DNA of 63,140 bases, filler included, from Rhabdomonas costata (lineage: Eukaryota), in NCBI GenBank assembly GCA_019059605.1. It is 50 parts of 50 records of this genome, joined end to end, with 100 filler letters (N's around TTAATTAATTAA, not from the genome) between each part and the next. Parts side by side here need not be neighbours in the genome. Positions count along the whole stretch, not along the records: positions 1 to 1,165 come from JAHMHO010025438.1; positions 1,266 to 2,430 come from JAHMHO010025439.1; positions 2,531 to 3,695 come from JAHMHO010025440.1; positions 3,796 to 4,959 come from JAHMHO010025441.1; positions 5,060 to 6,224 come from JAHMHO010025442.1; positions 6,325 to 7,489 come from JAHMHO010025443.1; positions 7,590 to 8,754 come from JAHMHO010025444.1; positions 8,855 to 10,019 come from JAHMHO010025445.1; 42 more parts are not named here. One strand, written 5' to 3'. Every line of letters begins with the position of its first letter. The stretch's first letter is position 1. Both the position numbers and the translations under genes were made by a program. Shown here piece after piece: positions 1-12,763 of the stretch. The notes beneath the pieces are model-generated. The model ran no database searches and was not told the origin of the DNA. It saw nothing but the letters and a program-made list of their open reading frames with translations.

Positions 1-159
1 TCGTCGAGCATCCCACAGGTCCCGCAAACCTTCACGCTGCTCGGACCTCCATCACACCCGGTGCCCTGCTGGGGGTCGCTGTCCGTGCCGCACCGGCCCT
101 GCTCGTCGGTGGTGCGGCGGATGCGGATGTAGCCCTTCTCGCCCCACAGAGGGCCCCAG
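1..159 (-). CDS. Papain-family (C1A) cysteine protease, C-terminal exon fragment
   Basis: Translates (S)WGPLWGEKGYIRIRRTTDEQGRCGTDSDPQQGTGCDGGPSSVKVCGTCGMLD, matching the NSWGxxWGExGY motif; preceded by a cag acceptor. Confidence 0.88.
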
Positions 160-1165
160 CTGAGCGCAACAGTGCGGTGTGTGCATTTAAAGGGCACTGG
201 CAGATGCGGCGCTAGATGCATCGGTGCAATTGACGTTGTCAGGGGGGGGGGTAGCAGTGGGAATATTTTTCCCTCTGGAACATGCAATAAAAAGCCTCAT
301 TAAAGGCCCCCCCGGCCACGTTCCCGCCCCGGTTGTCCGCTCCGGCAGCCGCGTCGCTAGTCTTCGCCCCTTAACAGATACTGCCCCACATATCCGCGCA
401 GATCCCAAAAACAGGCTAGTCCTTGAGTTTTAACGTGACCCCCTCTCTGCTCAGTTCGGCTTCTGGCTAGAGAGGGAAAGCGTTGTTTTGTGTGAGAGCA
501 TGAGCAGCGGTGTGCCCCAACCCCCGTCCAGGGAGTAAAATAGTCAGTGTGGTGGGCTGAGCTCGTAATGCCGCCTGTGGGCGCCGAGCACTATTGCCCA
601 AATGCAAGGAAGTGTCCTCAGCCTCAGTGCCCGGCCCCAGGGTGTGGGTTAGATTGGGAGCCAAAACGCAGAGTTGACGGGAGATGCGTGCAGAACCTGT
701 TTCGGATCAGCCAGTAGTCTCCGTAGACAGAATCATTACCGTAGCCAACCAGCTGGACCTGACGGGAGCACACATGTAAGTAATCAAAGCAATCGAGAGA
801 CACTCCTGGTCATGAACACAAAGACGTGAGGACAAGGTAGGCCTTGTGTATAAACAGTTATATCAGTCCACATGCGTTCAAAAAAATCTGGAAGAAAAGC
901 AGGAATGGTTGAGAAGAGACACTTTTTTTAGCACGAACATATTCACATCCAACATCTGGCAAAGGAAGAGGGAGGGAACAGGAGAACTTGGACGTCAGGT
1001 GAGAGAAGGGAGAAGTGGGAAGTACTTCAGAAGTGGGCCGCGTGGTGGTACTGGCGGTATCAGAATGGAAAGGAAAGCACAAGAAGAAAAGAGAAGAACT
1101 AGGAAGACAAGAGCGGCGAAGAGACGAAACAGTTGTGGGAATTGCGATGAGCACGGAGTTCAAAC

Positions 1166-1265
1166 NNNNNNNNNNNNNNNNNNNNNNNNNNNNNNNNNNN
1201 NNNNNNNNNTTAATTAATTAANNNNNNNNNNNNNNNNNNNNNNNNNNNNNNNNNNNNNNNNNNNN
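1166..1265. other. Artificial contig-joining spacer (N44-TTAATTAATTAA-N44); first of 49 copies spaced about 1265 nt apart
   Basis: An identical palindromic linker with stops in all six frames, flanked by Ns, recurs through to 61877-61976. Flanking contigs are unrelated and of near-equal length. ORFs ending '...XXXLIN' are artefacts of this linker. Confidence 0.98.
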
Positions 1266-2047
1266 TTTTGGTTGGAACACCTATGTCTGTCCTTCGGTAA
1301 GCGAAAGCTTCAGAAAGGCTTTAAAAGCAGGATACGGTGAATGAGTCAAGGATGATACTGCTTTAACTTGGTGCTCTGAGTGATTGCAAGTAGGGCCACG
1401 TGGTCCGAAAGTCAACAGAAAACTGTTAAGAGCCTAGCATCGGCTTAAAATTTGACGTCGCCTGGTTCGCGAATGCAGTGGCTCGAGGGCAAATCAGCAA
1501 TCCAACATTTGTCAAATGGTATGGGTCGTCCTTCATTCAGCAAGCTGATCGAGCCCACGATGCCCACCTGGCATGAAGATGCTGCCACCGTTCGGCCAGG
1601 TCAGGGCGACACCTCTGTGCACCGCAGAGATTGGAGGGGTCAAGAAGAATTACAAAATCGAGAGAGTAATGTTTGTGGGGGAGGTACACTCATCATAGAC
1701 CAAGTCGTTTGTCGCATCCCCGTGCGAACCAGACGGAGACGGACATTTCAAAAACAAGCACAGCAGATGTGAAACATATCAACACACCATTCGCCTTTGA
1801 TTGCGCACTTCTCACAAGTGCATCCGCGCGGATATTTGAAAACATAACTTCATTTCATACTTACAAAGACAATTGCACAGGTTTGCAGTCCAGAGAGGAT
1901 GAAAGAAAGTCAGCGGAAGTCAGTAGGAAGCGAACAAGCTCGAAAAGATGCACGAAAAGAAAAGACATCGCTCACATCCAACGCCTTCTTCCAACACCGC
2001 AATCATGTTTTCCCGAGAGGGGGGAGAACGAGTCCAACACCCTCACA

Positions 2048-2161
2048 TACTGGGCTTGTGGATGGACACTTGCAGGGCTTTGTCCCCGACAACCACCCCG
2101 TCCATCTCCCGGAGTGCGGTCAGGGCGTCCACTTTCTTCATGAACCTCACAAAGCCGTACC
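2048..2161 (-). CDS. RRM-domain RNA-binding protein exon
   Basis: GYGFVRFMKKVDALTALREMDGVVVGDKALQVSIHKP covers RNP1, helix 2 and beta4; ttcgcag acceptor. The 3' boundary is approximate. Confidence 0.8.
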
Positions 2162-3964
2162 CTGCGAACAAAGTGAGAAGCCAATCCCGAAAATCAAGCG
2201 GAAATTCGCGGAAAGAACACCTTGTAGTGTTGGGGAAGCAGCAGGCCAGAGGAGAACGAGGAAAAAGAGACAAGCCTTTAACACCGCTTCAACACCAGGG
2301 CTGCCCCATTAACACCTTACTACCGCAGAGAACGACAGAAACAACGCTAGACCGAAATTTTACGCAATAATGAGCAACAATACCGACCCCAACATCTTCT
2401 CAAAACAAACAATGAACGTACCAAAAAACANNNNNNNNNNNNNNNNNNNNNNNNNNNNNNNNNNNNNNNNNNNNTTAATTAATTAANNNNNNNNNNNNNN
2501 NNNNNNNNNNNNNNNNNNNNNNNNNNNNNNTGTTCCTGCGTACGCGAGCTGTGTTGAGTTGTTGGGGGCTTCGGCTCTCAAAGCCTGGTGGCACATGCGG
2601 TGTGAGTCAGCTTCCGTTGCTTTTTATTCGCTGCTGTTTTCATGACACTTCATTTTTTCTCGCTGGTGGGTTACCTCTTTTGGTTCTTAGTACCAGCACC
2701 GCCCACACCTGCGTGCGCCGTCGCTTGTGCTTGTGAGGACTTTTGCTCTGGGTTTCCCACCCCCTTTCTTGTTCATTCGATGTTGCGTGCTTTTTGCGTG
2801 CTTTTTGCTTTAAAAAGATTTCCCCGATTCCCACCCATTGTTGAGATAGTGACGTAGTGCTGCTTGATCTGAGCGACCAATAAAGTGAATTTTTGTGGGT
2901 TCATATATTGGTATGATAGTGAGTGCGGTATTGGTATGGCAACATTATTGCGAACGTTTTGTTGACTTTGCGCTTTTGTGAAATTCCTCCAACACTGCCT
3001 GTCTGAAGATGGCTGTCATGAAAGAAAAACGCCTTCGATTTTCGGGGAGGGGAGTGATAGTATTGATTCAGTTTTGCGAGGGACCTGGAGTGCGGTCCCA
3101 GCGGGCACGTTTTTGTAGCATGCTGTGCTGTTAATTTGCGATCCAGGCAACCTGCGACAAGGGAAAGCTATTTTTCGCCATGGATGTGTGAGTTTCAAAC
3201 AATGCTACATGGTCGATGGCTCTGGTTTGTTTCGGTTCTGTTGTTCTGTTGGCTCCCTTTCAGAATATTGAGACTCCCTGCTGGTGCGGGAGGTTCCCAG
3301 TGCCGCCTCGACCTTTCTCTCTTCTGGCTCCTGGCTCAGTCCTGGTGACAAAAAATCCAAAGGCCCGGAGGGGAGTCACCACCTCAATGATGGACCCCTT
3401 AAATTTTTTAAATGGCTCTTAAAACTCTTAAACTACTTCCCAGGCAACGTCCTCGCCTCACCTGCCCCGCCGGCCCCGACCTTGTTAATCTCACTCGTCT
3501 GCCAACGCTCAAGACGAAACCATCGCCAATCGCCAACCAGTTGGCCAAATTAGTCCACCTGAATTACCCTGGAAAGGCAAGCGAAACCAGTTTCTTGTTT
3601 CGTGCATCACCGCTTCGCAACTTTGAGCCGTTAACATGTTGACCCCACCCCCACCCGAAAAAATGCATTGCACCAGTGGGATTCAGCGCTGCGATNNNNN
3701 NNNNNNNNNNNNNNNNNNNNNNNNNNNNNNNNNNNNNNNTTAATTAATTAANNNNNNNNNNNNNNNNNNNNNNNNNNNNNNNNNNNNNNNNNNNNTGTCG
3801 TGGGTGTGTTTGGGTGGTGTGTGTGGTCCTCTTTATGAGAGATACTCTTTGGGGTGGCTTCATTGGTCACATGGGTGTGGTTGGTGGTGGTGGTATGTGG
3901 TATTTCATCCCACCGCAAACTCCCGTTGACCTTTGCACTGCATCTGGATTAGGTTTGTTCTCAG

Positions 3965-4418
3965 CTTGCCCACTTTAAGGCGGACCTCAACGCGCAAAAT
4001 CCGAGGAGGACTGCATTGATGATCGGTGCATCCAAAGGCCACACTAAGGTTCGATCCCCCCTCCCTTCCTGTTCAAACACATACCCATGTTCTGGGCAGC
4101 GAGCAAATGGGTTATATTTTGGGTTTTGGGGCGAACCATGGAAGCTTGGGAGGGAGGGACTGGGCTCTGTTGTGGGCGGGTGGCGCGCTGTTTAAGGACT
4201 GTGGGTGAGCCGTGTCATGGGAGGAGGTTGTGTCACGTTTATATTTCGTTCTCGCTGCTCCTCACTTCAAAAAGGCACAAAGACGTGCACATTTTGGCCT
4301 TCCTTTTCCCCTTCCGCAGGTCTGTGTGACATTGGTCAAAGGTGGCGCAGAGATTGATGCTCAGAACGACCAGGGGTGGACCGCGGCGATGTTTGCGGCG
4401 GACAGTGGCCGAGTAGAG
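3965..4418 (+). CDS. Ankyrin-repeat protein, two exons (3965-4048, 4320-4418)
   Basis: LAHFKADLNAQNPRRTALMIGASKGHTK | VCVTLVKGGAEIDAQNDQGWTAAMFAADSGRVE; phase-0 GT-AG intron; the second exon is exactly 33 codons. Confidence 0.85.
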
Positions 4419-5059
4419 GTGAATGCGATAGCCTATCTTGCTCCTCAACCCTGCCTTCTCCTTTACGTCCCAAGTAAAATGACGCTGGACGGTCTGGGCT
4501 CATGAAAAGCAAAGGTTGCCGCTCTGCCCGCTAGACGAACTAAAATGCAATGTGTGGGATCAAAGCAGGGGTGCAGCCTAACGTCGCATCTATGTGCTGT
4601 GCGCATATGCGTGAGCACCGATGCGGGCCACGAAGGACGGAAAATCAGGCATCAGAACATCTGTCCCCGATGGCAGCTAGGGGGTAGGTTTGGTTTTCAT
4701 TTTCACAATCACACTCAATCAAAAACAAACCTGCACTATACTCCAGCTCTGCGAATCTACCTTTGCGCTGGTTAGGCTCCGACTGAGCTGAGAGCCTTGA
4801 GATGCTTTTTTTTTACTTTTTCTCCCGTTTTCTTTTTTGAAACCACTTTGGGGTCTTTGGGGTCGAGGTGGAGACCGCTTCTCATGGCAAGTGCCCGGCT
4901 GTTATCGCTCAAAATCCACTTCTCTTTGTATTTCTTGTTCTCACGCAGACCCTTACCGCNNNNNNNNNNNNNNNNNNNNNNNNNNNNNNNNNNNNNNNNN
5001 NNNTTAATTAATTAANNNNNNNNNNNNNNNNNNNNNNNNNNNNNNNNNNNNNNNNNNNN

Positions 5060-5785
5060 TTCGCTGGTGCTGATGGTCTCGTTGCGGTTGTTGATCTCGT
5101 CGCGCAGGGCTTTGATAGCCTTCTCGTGGTCCTCGATCTTCTTCTCCTTCCGCGAGACCTGCTTCTGGATATCTTCCCGCTCCTGTTCGAGGGAGGGGAA
5201 GATGGCAGACAAAAGCGCAGGAAGGGAATGAGAAATGGAAGGGAAACTGAAGGAAGAGCGGAGCAAGGCAGCGAGGCCAGTACTGCTGGTTCGGCAAAAA
5301 AAAGTGAGTCCTGTTCAACCTGTGTGCAGCCCGTACCGCGGATTGCGGCCCACCAACTCGTGCATTTTTGGAGAAAGACGTCTTGACTTCGTTAATAAAA
5401 ACAACACATCCCTGGGCACTCCGCTCTGCACACATATCCACCCCAAGCAGCCAAATAGGCCACCAAACTTTCCAACCGACAATGATAAAATCATCCCACT
5501 TGCAATCGAAGCACTGGGTCAATGTTGAACAGTTCAAAGGTCGGTTAAGTTTGCAGCTCGTGGTTTGAGATTAAGCTGAAAAATCTCCCCCTCCCTCCCT
5601 CTGTTCGAGGCCGCACGTCTTACCAGCTTCAAGTCCTTGATCTGGGCCTGCAGGCTGTCAAACTTCTTCTTAAACACCGCGCTCTGGCTCTTCGCGGCCT
5701 CGCGCTCGTCGGCCTCCTTCTTGAGCTTCTCCTTAGCCTCGGCCTTGATCCCCTCCAGTTCCATCTCATACTCCATGCACGTCTC
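5060..5785 (-). CDS. Coiled-coil protein, two exons (5785-5624, 5182-5060)
   Basis: ETCMEYEMELEGIKAEAKEKLKKEADERE...IKDLKL|gtaag and cag|EREDIQKQVSRKEKKIEDHEKAIKALRDEINNRNE; heptad-rich, GC3-rich codons. Confidence 0.7.
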
Positions 5786-6899
5786 CTGAGCGCCACGAGC
5801 AGCAGTGGCAATGCCCCTCCCAGCATACAGGTGGACAAGACCTGACTGAGCTTGAGTTTTCCCCACAAGTCACAATTGCCGCGCACTGCTCTGGATGGGG
5901 GCGCACTGCACACTGACCATGTTTTCATAACTTTCTTCAGCAAAACCCGAGACTGGAAAATTATAAAGCGGAGAGAAAGGAAACGAGAGTATATAGAGTA
6001 GCCGTTCACCACCCATCCATTCCCTTCAGACTTCAGACGGACAACGAGCTGGGTCCACATGCTTTCCTTTTCCAGCTTGGCTTCATCCCTACATCCCTAC
6101 AGCCGTCTCAAATGATGTTGAAACGCCCTGCTTTGCTTCAACAGGCCCTTGGTGTGTTCCGCCCACATGTCAAAGTGGCACGCACCCAAGGAAAGCACCG
6201 GCCCAACCCACAGTAAAACGGCAGNNNNNNNNNNNNNNNNNNNNNNNNNNNNNNNNNNNNNNNNNNNNTTAATTAATTAANNNNNNNNNNNNNNNNNNNN
6301 NNNNNNNNNNNNNNNNNNNNNNNNTGTTTTTGGTTCCGAGTGAAGAACAAAACTCGGAGGGGGTAAGGGCCAGCGCGGGTTCGGCTGAGGAGTTGAACTC
6401 CAGGATCTTTGTGTGGGCACAAAAGACAAGAAACTACAAATTCGGTGCAATGCATCTTTTTGACCTCTGGCCCACAAACTGTACAAACTAGGTCACTGGT
6501 CTAACTGTGTCCCTCGCTTTTGTGTGTCCTTGGCTTTTGCGATGGTTTTTCTTGAGTGGTTGGAGCCAATATTCTTTTGGACTTTGGTGCTCAGTGCTTT
6601 TTTTGGGGGGGGGGGCACAACTCCTATGTTAATGACAGCGAGCCACCGAGATGTGGGTGTTGGTTCTAGAGCAACAACCCCCAGTCTTCTTTCGTATCTC
6701 ATCGTTTTCCAACAGTTCACCCTCCCACCCCCCGCGAAAAACGGAAGTGCGAAGAATCCCTAAAGAATCTTTTTTCACTTGAAAAAAGTCGCTACCAATC
6801 TCCGCGATTCCACTGATAGAGGGTCAAATGAGAGGGGTGGGGGAAAAACGAAGGAGACATCAAAATGATGTGCAGCGTGGTGAAACGAAACGTCGCTGC

Positions 6900-7449
6900 C
6901 TAATGCCCCACGGTAGCATTCAGCGTCGCCTGCACAAAGAGGAGAGAGTGTGTGTGTGCGCGCGTGAGCTCGCGCGCCTTTTTCTTCGCCCCTTCTGCCT
7001 TGATGGGCTGCTCGAACGTCGTGAAGTTCGACACGGGGAAGAGGGCACCCGCTGATGCAAAGACACACAAGCACTTGTGCAGCAACAGAGAACACTCCAC
7101 TTGGAAAACACAACTCCTGAAACACAGTCATTCACCACATTCAATTGTTCATGCATACACGCATGAAGGCTACTTCTAATACATGGTGCTGATAATGATT
7201 TAGAGCGCCCTGGAAGGTCACTCGGGAAGTCAGAAGCAAGCAGAGTGCAAACAGGGAGACGTGGTACAGGAGGGGAGCAAGCTCTTGAAAGGGAAGATGA
7301 GAAGGTGCCAAACCTCCTGGCGTGGCACCCGACGACGCAGCAGCCGACGAGGAGCCCCCGCCAGCCTGCTCCTGCTGCAGCCTCATGGCCTCCTGCATAT
7401 AGGGGCTGAATGCCACAGCCTTGCCTTCCATCTGCCGCATCGCGTCCTG
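6900..7449 (-). CDS. Multi-exon hypothetical protein, 3' part
   Basis: GC3-rich segments DAMRQMEGKAVAFSPYMQEAMRLQQEQ..., GALNHYQHHVLEVAFM, GALFPVSNFTTFEQPIKAE and ATLNATVGH*, each preceded by cag. Exon ends are uncertain. Confidence 0.45.
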
Positions 7450-8366
7450 GGCCACAAGGGGCACAGAGGAAGCAGTCGACCAAAACAAANNNNNNNNNNN
7501 NNNNNNNNNNNNNNNNNNNNNNNNNNNNNNNNNTTAATTAATTAANNNNNNNNNNNNNNNNNNNNNNNNNNNNNNNNNNNNNNNNNNNNTGGTTTGGGTG
7601 CTAAACTCCAGAGCCCTCTGTCAGTGGTGGCCACGGGGTACCAGCTCCCCTTCGCAGCAACTTCATCGGCGCTCTGGAGCCTGCCTCGTGAGTCCCAGGT
7701 TTGCGCATGGTCTGCGATCCTGATGTACAGGGCTTTCTTGGCTTGACGAATGTTATACTGCCATTGCTATTGCCGTGGCTATTGCCACGGCTGCACCGCC
7801 TTTCTCAGCTTGTCCGACTCACCATACAATTGATCTCCGCTGTGCTGGCACCGCCGCCTTTGCCGCTGCTGCCTCTGCCGCCACCACTCTGGCCGCAATC
7901 CCCTGTTGCCTTGTCCGCGGGGTGCCGCGCTGCCTTCACTCCGATCGCTCCGGTTTGGAATCCTCGCTGGTGCTACGATGTAAGCGAATCTGCAGCCTGC
8001 TCTTTTGCAGGGCAGCCCAAACCTCCAGCGGATTTGTGGAACGCGGACGGTTTGCGTACCTATCCTTCTTATCTTTCTGACTGACTTGATTTCATCAAAC
8101 GCTTTGGTGTGGGTATAAATATGTTTGCCTGCGTGTGTGTAAGAGAATGCGGATGAGTAAGGAGCGCAGAGCGCTGGGCTCATGACGAGCTGCTGCCTCC
8201 GTCTTCTTGCAGTTTCCTTCCTTCTACCCCGTACACCCACAAAGAACCAAGCCCAAGACTACATATTAATGTACAGTTCACATGAATCCATTTCGATCAA
8301 CGGCGAGTGAACAGAAGGACTCTCTATGCGTCAGTCTGGCTGTGCCTGGGTGAAGGGGGGGGGCAC

Positions 8367-8483
8367 CAAGAAGCCAGGGCAGACGGACACAGGGTCCGCA
8401 TTGGTGTGGCCAATCGTCACCAGGCCTGTGCCCTGGGTGAAGTACAGGAACTGCTCGTTCCTCTCGTACATCTGCATCGGCAC
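8367..8483 (-). CDS. Cupin-like domain exon
   Basis: cag|VPMQMYERNEQFLYFTQGTGLVTIGHTNADPVSVCPGFL|gt (39 codons) resembles the cupin motif E/QxxYxxxGxGxxxxG...VxPG. Confidence 0.6.
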
Positions 8484-8853
8484 CTGGATAGGGGCAGAAA
8501 GAAAGTCGGACTTTTGTAGCGCAACAACCTTCTTGCGCTGGCGCAGACTCTGTAGGGCCGCTTTCCCGTGGTAAACTCACGTGTAATGACCGAGGCGACA
8601 CAGCGGAAAGGTCAACCAACAACCGAAAGCAGGCAAGCTCTCTGGCGCCTCGTGTGTATCAAGACCATGCCTTTTAGGGAACGAGGACGGGGGAGGGCAC
8701 AAAAAAAAGGGGTTCTCACCGAGTTCTCTGGGGGCAGCTCGACCACCCCACAACNNNNNNNNNNNNNNNNNNNNNNNNNNNNNNNNNNNNNNNNNNNNTT
8801 AATTAATTAANNNNNNNNNNNNNNNNNNNNNNNNNNNNNNNNNNNNNNNNNNN

Positions 8854-9802
8854 NGGGTGGGTTGCACCCGGTGCGAGTGGGGCTCTCGATGGGCTGCTGC
8901 ATGATGCGGGGGGTGTTGGCCTCGCCGTCCTCGTCGTCGGGAATCTGCCGCAGGGCCAGCTCAGGCGCGGGCTCAGGGGCAGGCTGCACGGGGACCTCCG
9001 AAGGGGGCCGCAGAGCGGGCATCAAGTTCTTCAAGTTCTTCAGCTCCTCGATGGTATCCTTGGGGAGCGCCAGGCTGTGCCCAAGGGGTAAGGCAGGGGG
9101 AAGGGATACGGCTGAAACTCGTATGCTGAACCCTTACAATAGGCTGGAAACCGCACTAGTGAATTACTACCACTTCAAAAAGGATAATCTGGAGATACAA
9201 GAGAGCCTCGGCTCTTAAAACGCGATAAAAAATCAACCCACGACTCCGATAACGATGAGGACACACAAAGCAGGCGGTGCATCAGGATCCACGAAAGGGA
9301 TCGGGGGCGCACATACGGGTTGGCCGAGGGATCCATGTTCAACAAGTGAGCGGCCATCTCTGGGGTGGTCTGAATCGCCTTCAGCCTCTGAGAGAAAAAA
9401 AGCAATGGGATCCCAAAAACTGAAAGGTGCTGAGTCAGTAACTTACTGGTTTCACGCCCAAGCAAAAAAAATGGGGAAGAGAGAAAGGAATGGAAGAAGA
9501 TGTGCAGTTACGCAATGTGCCAAACGAACGTGAATGCGCGGGAAAAAAAATGTACCAAAATGTCGTCTGGCGCCGAACAGGGAACATCAGTGGAGAGCTG
9601 CAGGGTAAAAGTGACATGGGAAGCGAAAAGATAAGGGCCAGAGATGAAGTCGCCATTCCTGAGAGAGCTGGGTCAGCTGCATGAAGGGGCACTTCGCAGG
9701 GTCTGCGAAGGGCTTCTGGTGGACCTGCTGGTGCAGCTGCTTGAACAGGACGGTCTGCATGAACCCGCTGTACGGGCACGCCGAGGTAGGGCTGGCCATG
9801 CC
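8854..9802 (-). CDS. Multi-exon hypothetical protein
   Basis: GC3-rich exon-like blocks MASPTSACPYSGFMQTVLFKQLHQQVHQKPFADPAKCPFMQLTQLSQEW, RLKAIQTTPEMAAHLLNMDPSANPY and LALPKDTIEELKNLKNLMPALRPP, with AG acceptors. Confidence 0.5.
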
Positions 9803-10415
9803 TGTGCTTGTCGCGAAAAAAGGAAGGAAGGCTGCCAAAAAAGAAGAGACCACACGAAAGAAACCGCACACAGACAGACAAGGGACAGGGGCATAATTCA
9901 TGCATTTCACCGAGTCCTTTGAGGGCTCTTCCTCCCAACAAAAGGCGAAAGTAGATCGTATCCCCAAGCACTGCAAAAGAAAACAAACGAGACGCTTTTC
10001 ACAAGCGCTCCCCAAAAAANNNNNNNNNNNNNNNNNNNNNNNNNNNNNNNNNNNNNNNNNNNNTTAATTAATTAANNNNNNNNNNNNNNNNNNNNNNNNN
10101 NNNNNNNNNNNNNNNNNNNGGTTTGGTTTTCTTTCGCTCAGCACTGCCTTTCTGGCTGAAGTGAATTCACCGGGCCACTGCAAGGTAAGCAGAGCACTGT
10201 TTATACCCCCCCTCCTCACGAAGAAATGTAGCACACGAATGTGGCAGTCCAAATTTCAACATGTTGCACCTTTTATCACAAAGCCCAAAATTGTAACGCC
10301 CAAGCACCACTCCCGTGCGCTATTGAGTGTCCGCATGGCAAGGGTTTCGCTCTGTGCTCACCACATGTACACACAAACACACAATCGAACGCAACACACG
10401 CATACACTAACAGAC

Positions 10416-10472
10416 TAACCCAATAACCCAAACCCTAACCCTAATACACAAACCTTAACCCTACCCTAACCC
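10416..10472 (+). repeat. Degenerate telomere-like (CCCTAA)n tract, intronic
   Basis: aaaccctaaccctaatacacaaaccttaaccctaccctaaccc, immediately before a cag acceptor. Confidence 0.6.
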
Positions 10473-10475
10473 ACA

Positions 10476-11070
10476 GCTGGGACAGGGCTCCGTGCTGTTC
10501 AGCACGGCCGCCGTGCTTTTGCCGGCCTCAGCGCAGCCCAACTTCGCCGTGCACTTCCGGGGCTGCCCTGAGGTCAAGGCCGTGCAGTGGAACCGGTTTT
10601 CGTGCACCCCGTACCCACCCTACCACCCCACCTTTTCACGCCTTCCGCTGCACAGGAGAATTCGATATGCTTGATTTGGGAACGGTACCTCCAACTTAAC
10701 TTCCAGGGCTACTGGAGGCAATGCGGCACTCAAGGCTTGCCACGTATTGCGGTTCCATCTGTGGTTTAAGGCATTGGCCCCGAGCTCGAACCTGCGCACG
10801 CATATACAGCACGTGCGAGGTCATGCATGTTCTCTCGCTCCTTCCTTCATAGGCTGATCAACGACATCCACACCAAGGTGGGGCCGCAGCCGTTCTTCTT
10901 CACTGGGATGGTGCATTTCACGGAGGTCAGCGGGCAGACCCTAGCCGTGGCCCCTGCACACCACGAGCCCCTCCTGCTGCACGTCCACAAGTACTACCCC
11001 GCCTCCGCCGCGGTGGGCGGCCGCGACCGCTACGCGTTCGTGTGCGGGCTAAGCGCGCAGTGCGTTCCCG
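10476..11070 (+). CDS. Hypothetical protein, two exons (about 10476-10594 and 10853-11070)
   Basis: LGQGSVLFSTAAVLLPASAQPNFAVHFRGCPEVKAVQWN and LINDIHTKVGPQPFFFTGMVHFTEVSGQTLAVAPAHHEPLLLHVHKYYP; GC3-rich, AG/GT boundaries; end approximate. Confidence 0.55.
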
Positions 11071-11383
11071 GGATCTGCCCAGAGATCTTGGACGGCCTGC
11101 AGAGGTTCTCTTTTTCTCCCCCCTCTCTCTGGAATCCAGGTACTTCCGCCATGTCCCCTTATGACTCGAAACAGGCCCATTGTGACTTGAAACATATTTT
11201 GGCGGATAAAGTGCCCTTAAACCTTTCTCTCTCTCTTTCTCAATCCGACGTTTCCGACGGAAACTGCTGTTTGCCCCCACACCNNNNNNNNNNNNNNNNN
11301 NNNNNNNNNNNNNNNNNNNNNNNNNNNTTAATTAATTAANNNNNNNNNNNNNNNNNNNNNNNNNNNNNNNNNNNNNNNNNNNN

Positions 11384-12114
11384 GTCCGTCTATTCCGGCA
11401 CCGGCTGTAGCTCCGGGTACTTGGCTGCTCAATACTGTAGTGGGCTGTCATGTGCTTCAGGCTACGGTGGCACCCTCACCGTGAGCTGTAACGCTACGTA
11501 CGGGACTTTTGTGCTGTCGGGCTGCTCCGGTGCGTTTTACGTGTGCCTGTGTGTGTGTGTGTGTGTCTGTTGATGGTGGGGGGGGGGCGAGGGAGCACCG
11601 GTATGTCTGAACGATGCAGTAGTTGTTAGTTGGTAGGCAATAGGTGGTCTGTAGTGGTGTTTCGAACGTTTACCTAGCGCCCCGACGTCGACGTTTGTTA
11701 CGTGCTAAGTGTGTGTATTCGTGTTTGCTCACGAATGGTGAAGTGGCGAAACAGTGGTATTCCAGTTCCTAGAACGCCACAACCTTCCATTTTCCCACTC
11801 TGCTGTGGCTCCGTTTACAAAACCCCATATTTCTTATTCTCATTGACCTGCTGGTGCCAGCGCCTCGACCATCCATGCCCTTGCTTTCTTGTTAATGTTC
11901 CGCCCCCTCACACCTCTCCTCGTCTTAGCGTTGGGCCCCATCTGCGGCTTGCCAAGCCCACTTCCTGCGGGATACTCCTACGGTGGCAGCGGCTGTGGGG
12001 GTTACATTCCTGCGGCGAGCTGCACGGGGCTGCGCTGCACCTCGGGCTACTCCGGCGCAACGAGTGTGAGCTGCAGCACGGACTACGGAACCTTCACCCT
12101 CTCGGGGTGCCTGA
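11384..12114 (+). CDS. Cys/Gly/Ser-rich extracellular repeat protein, two homologous exons (11384-11529, 11929-12114)
   Basis: GTGCSSGYLAAQYCSGLSCASGYGGTLTVSCNATYGTFVLSGCS and GSGCGGYIPAASCTGLRCTSGYSGATSVSCSTDYGTFTLSGCL align to each other; phase-1 GT-AG introns. Confidence 0.75.
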
Positions 12115-12763
12115 GTATGCCTTGTTTGCTGACTACACGCGGAAGTATGCAACTGGAGTCAGTTCAATATTGACACATTATAGCAGGCTACACCGTAAAT
12201 CGACAGTATACAACCTTGTGAATTCACGAAGAGATAGCATACGCCAAGTCCAGTGGCATAAAAACGGAAAATAAAAAACAAAACTTTACGGACTTCAACT
12301 ATTGAACTGTTCTTTTTCAAAAAAAAAAACGCTACCCAAAAGGTCTGCCTCCAGTCGGAGGTAGCTAAGGTACGCTACAGCAAGTGCCAGAGAAAGTCAT
12401 TGCCGGAATGTTCCATTTCGGACGCATTCCCACCCCAAGACTACTGCGAGCACGGGCCCTAGGGAACGAGAGAGAGACCTGAGGTTTGCAAGCACCCGCG
12501 CACCCTGTTGTATCCAAGAAATTGAATATCACGCAAGCCAACACCCCCNNNNNNNNNNNNNNNNNNNNNNNNNNNNNNNNNNNNNNNNNNNNTTAATTAA
12601 TTAANNNNNNNNNNNNNNNNNNNNNNNNNNNNNNNNNNNNNNNNNNNNGTGGGGTGGTGAGTGCAACCATCACCCTACGACAACAGACAGCCATGATGCA
12701 TCATCGAGTCCATCGACAACCACCACAACCACTCTAGAAGCAGGACGTTTACGTTGACCACAG

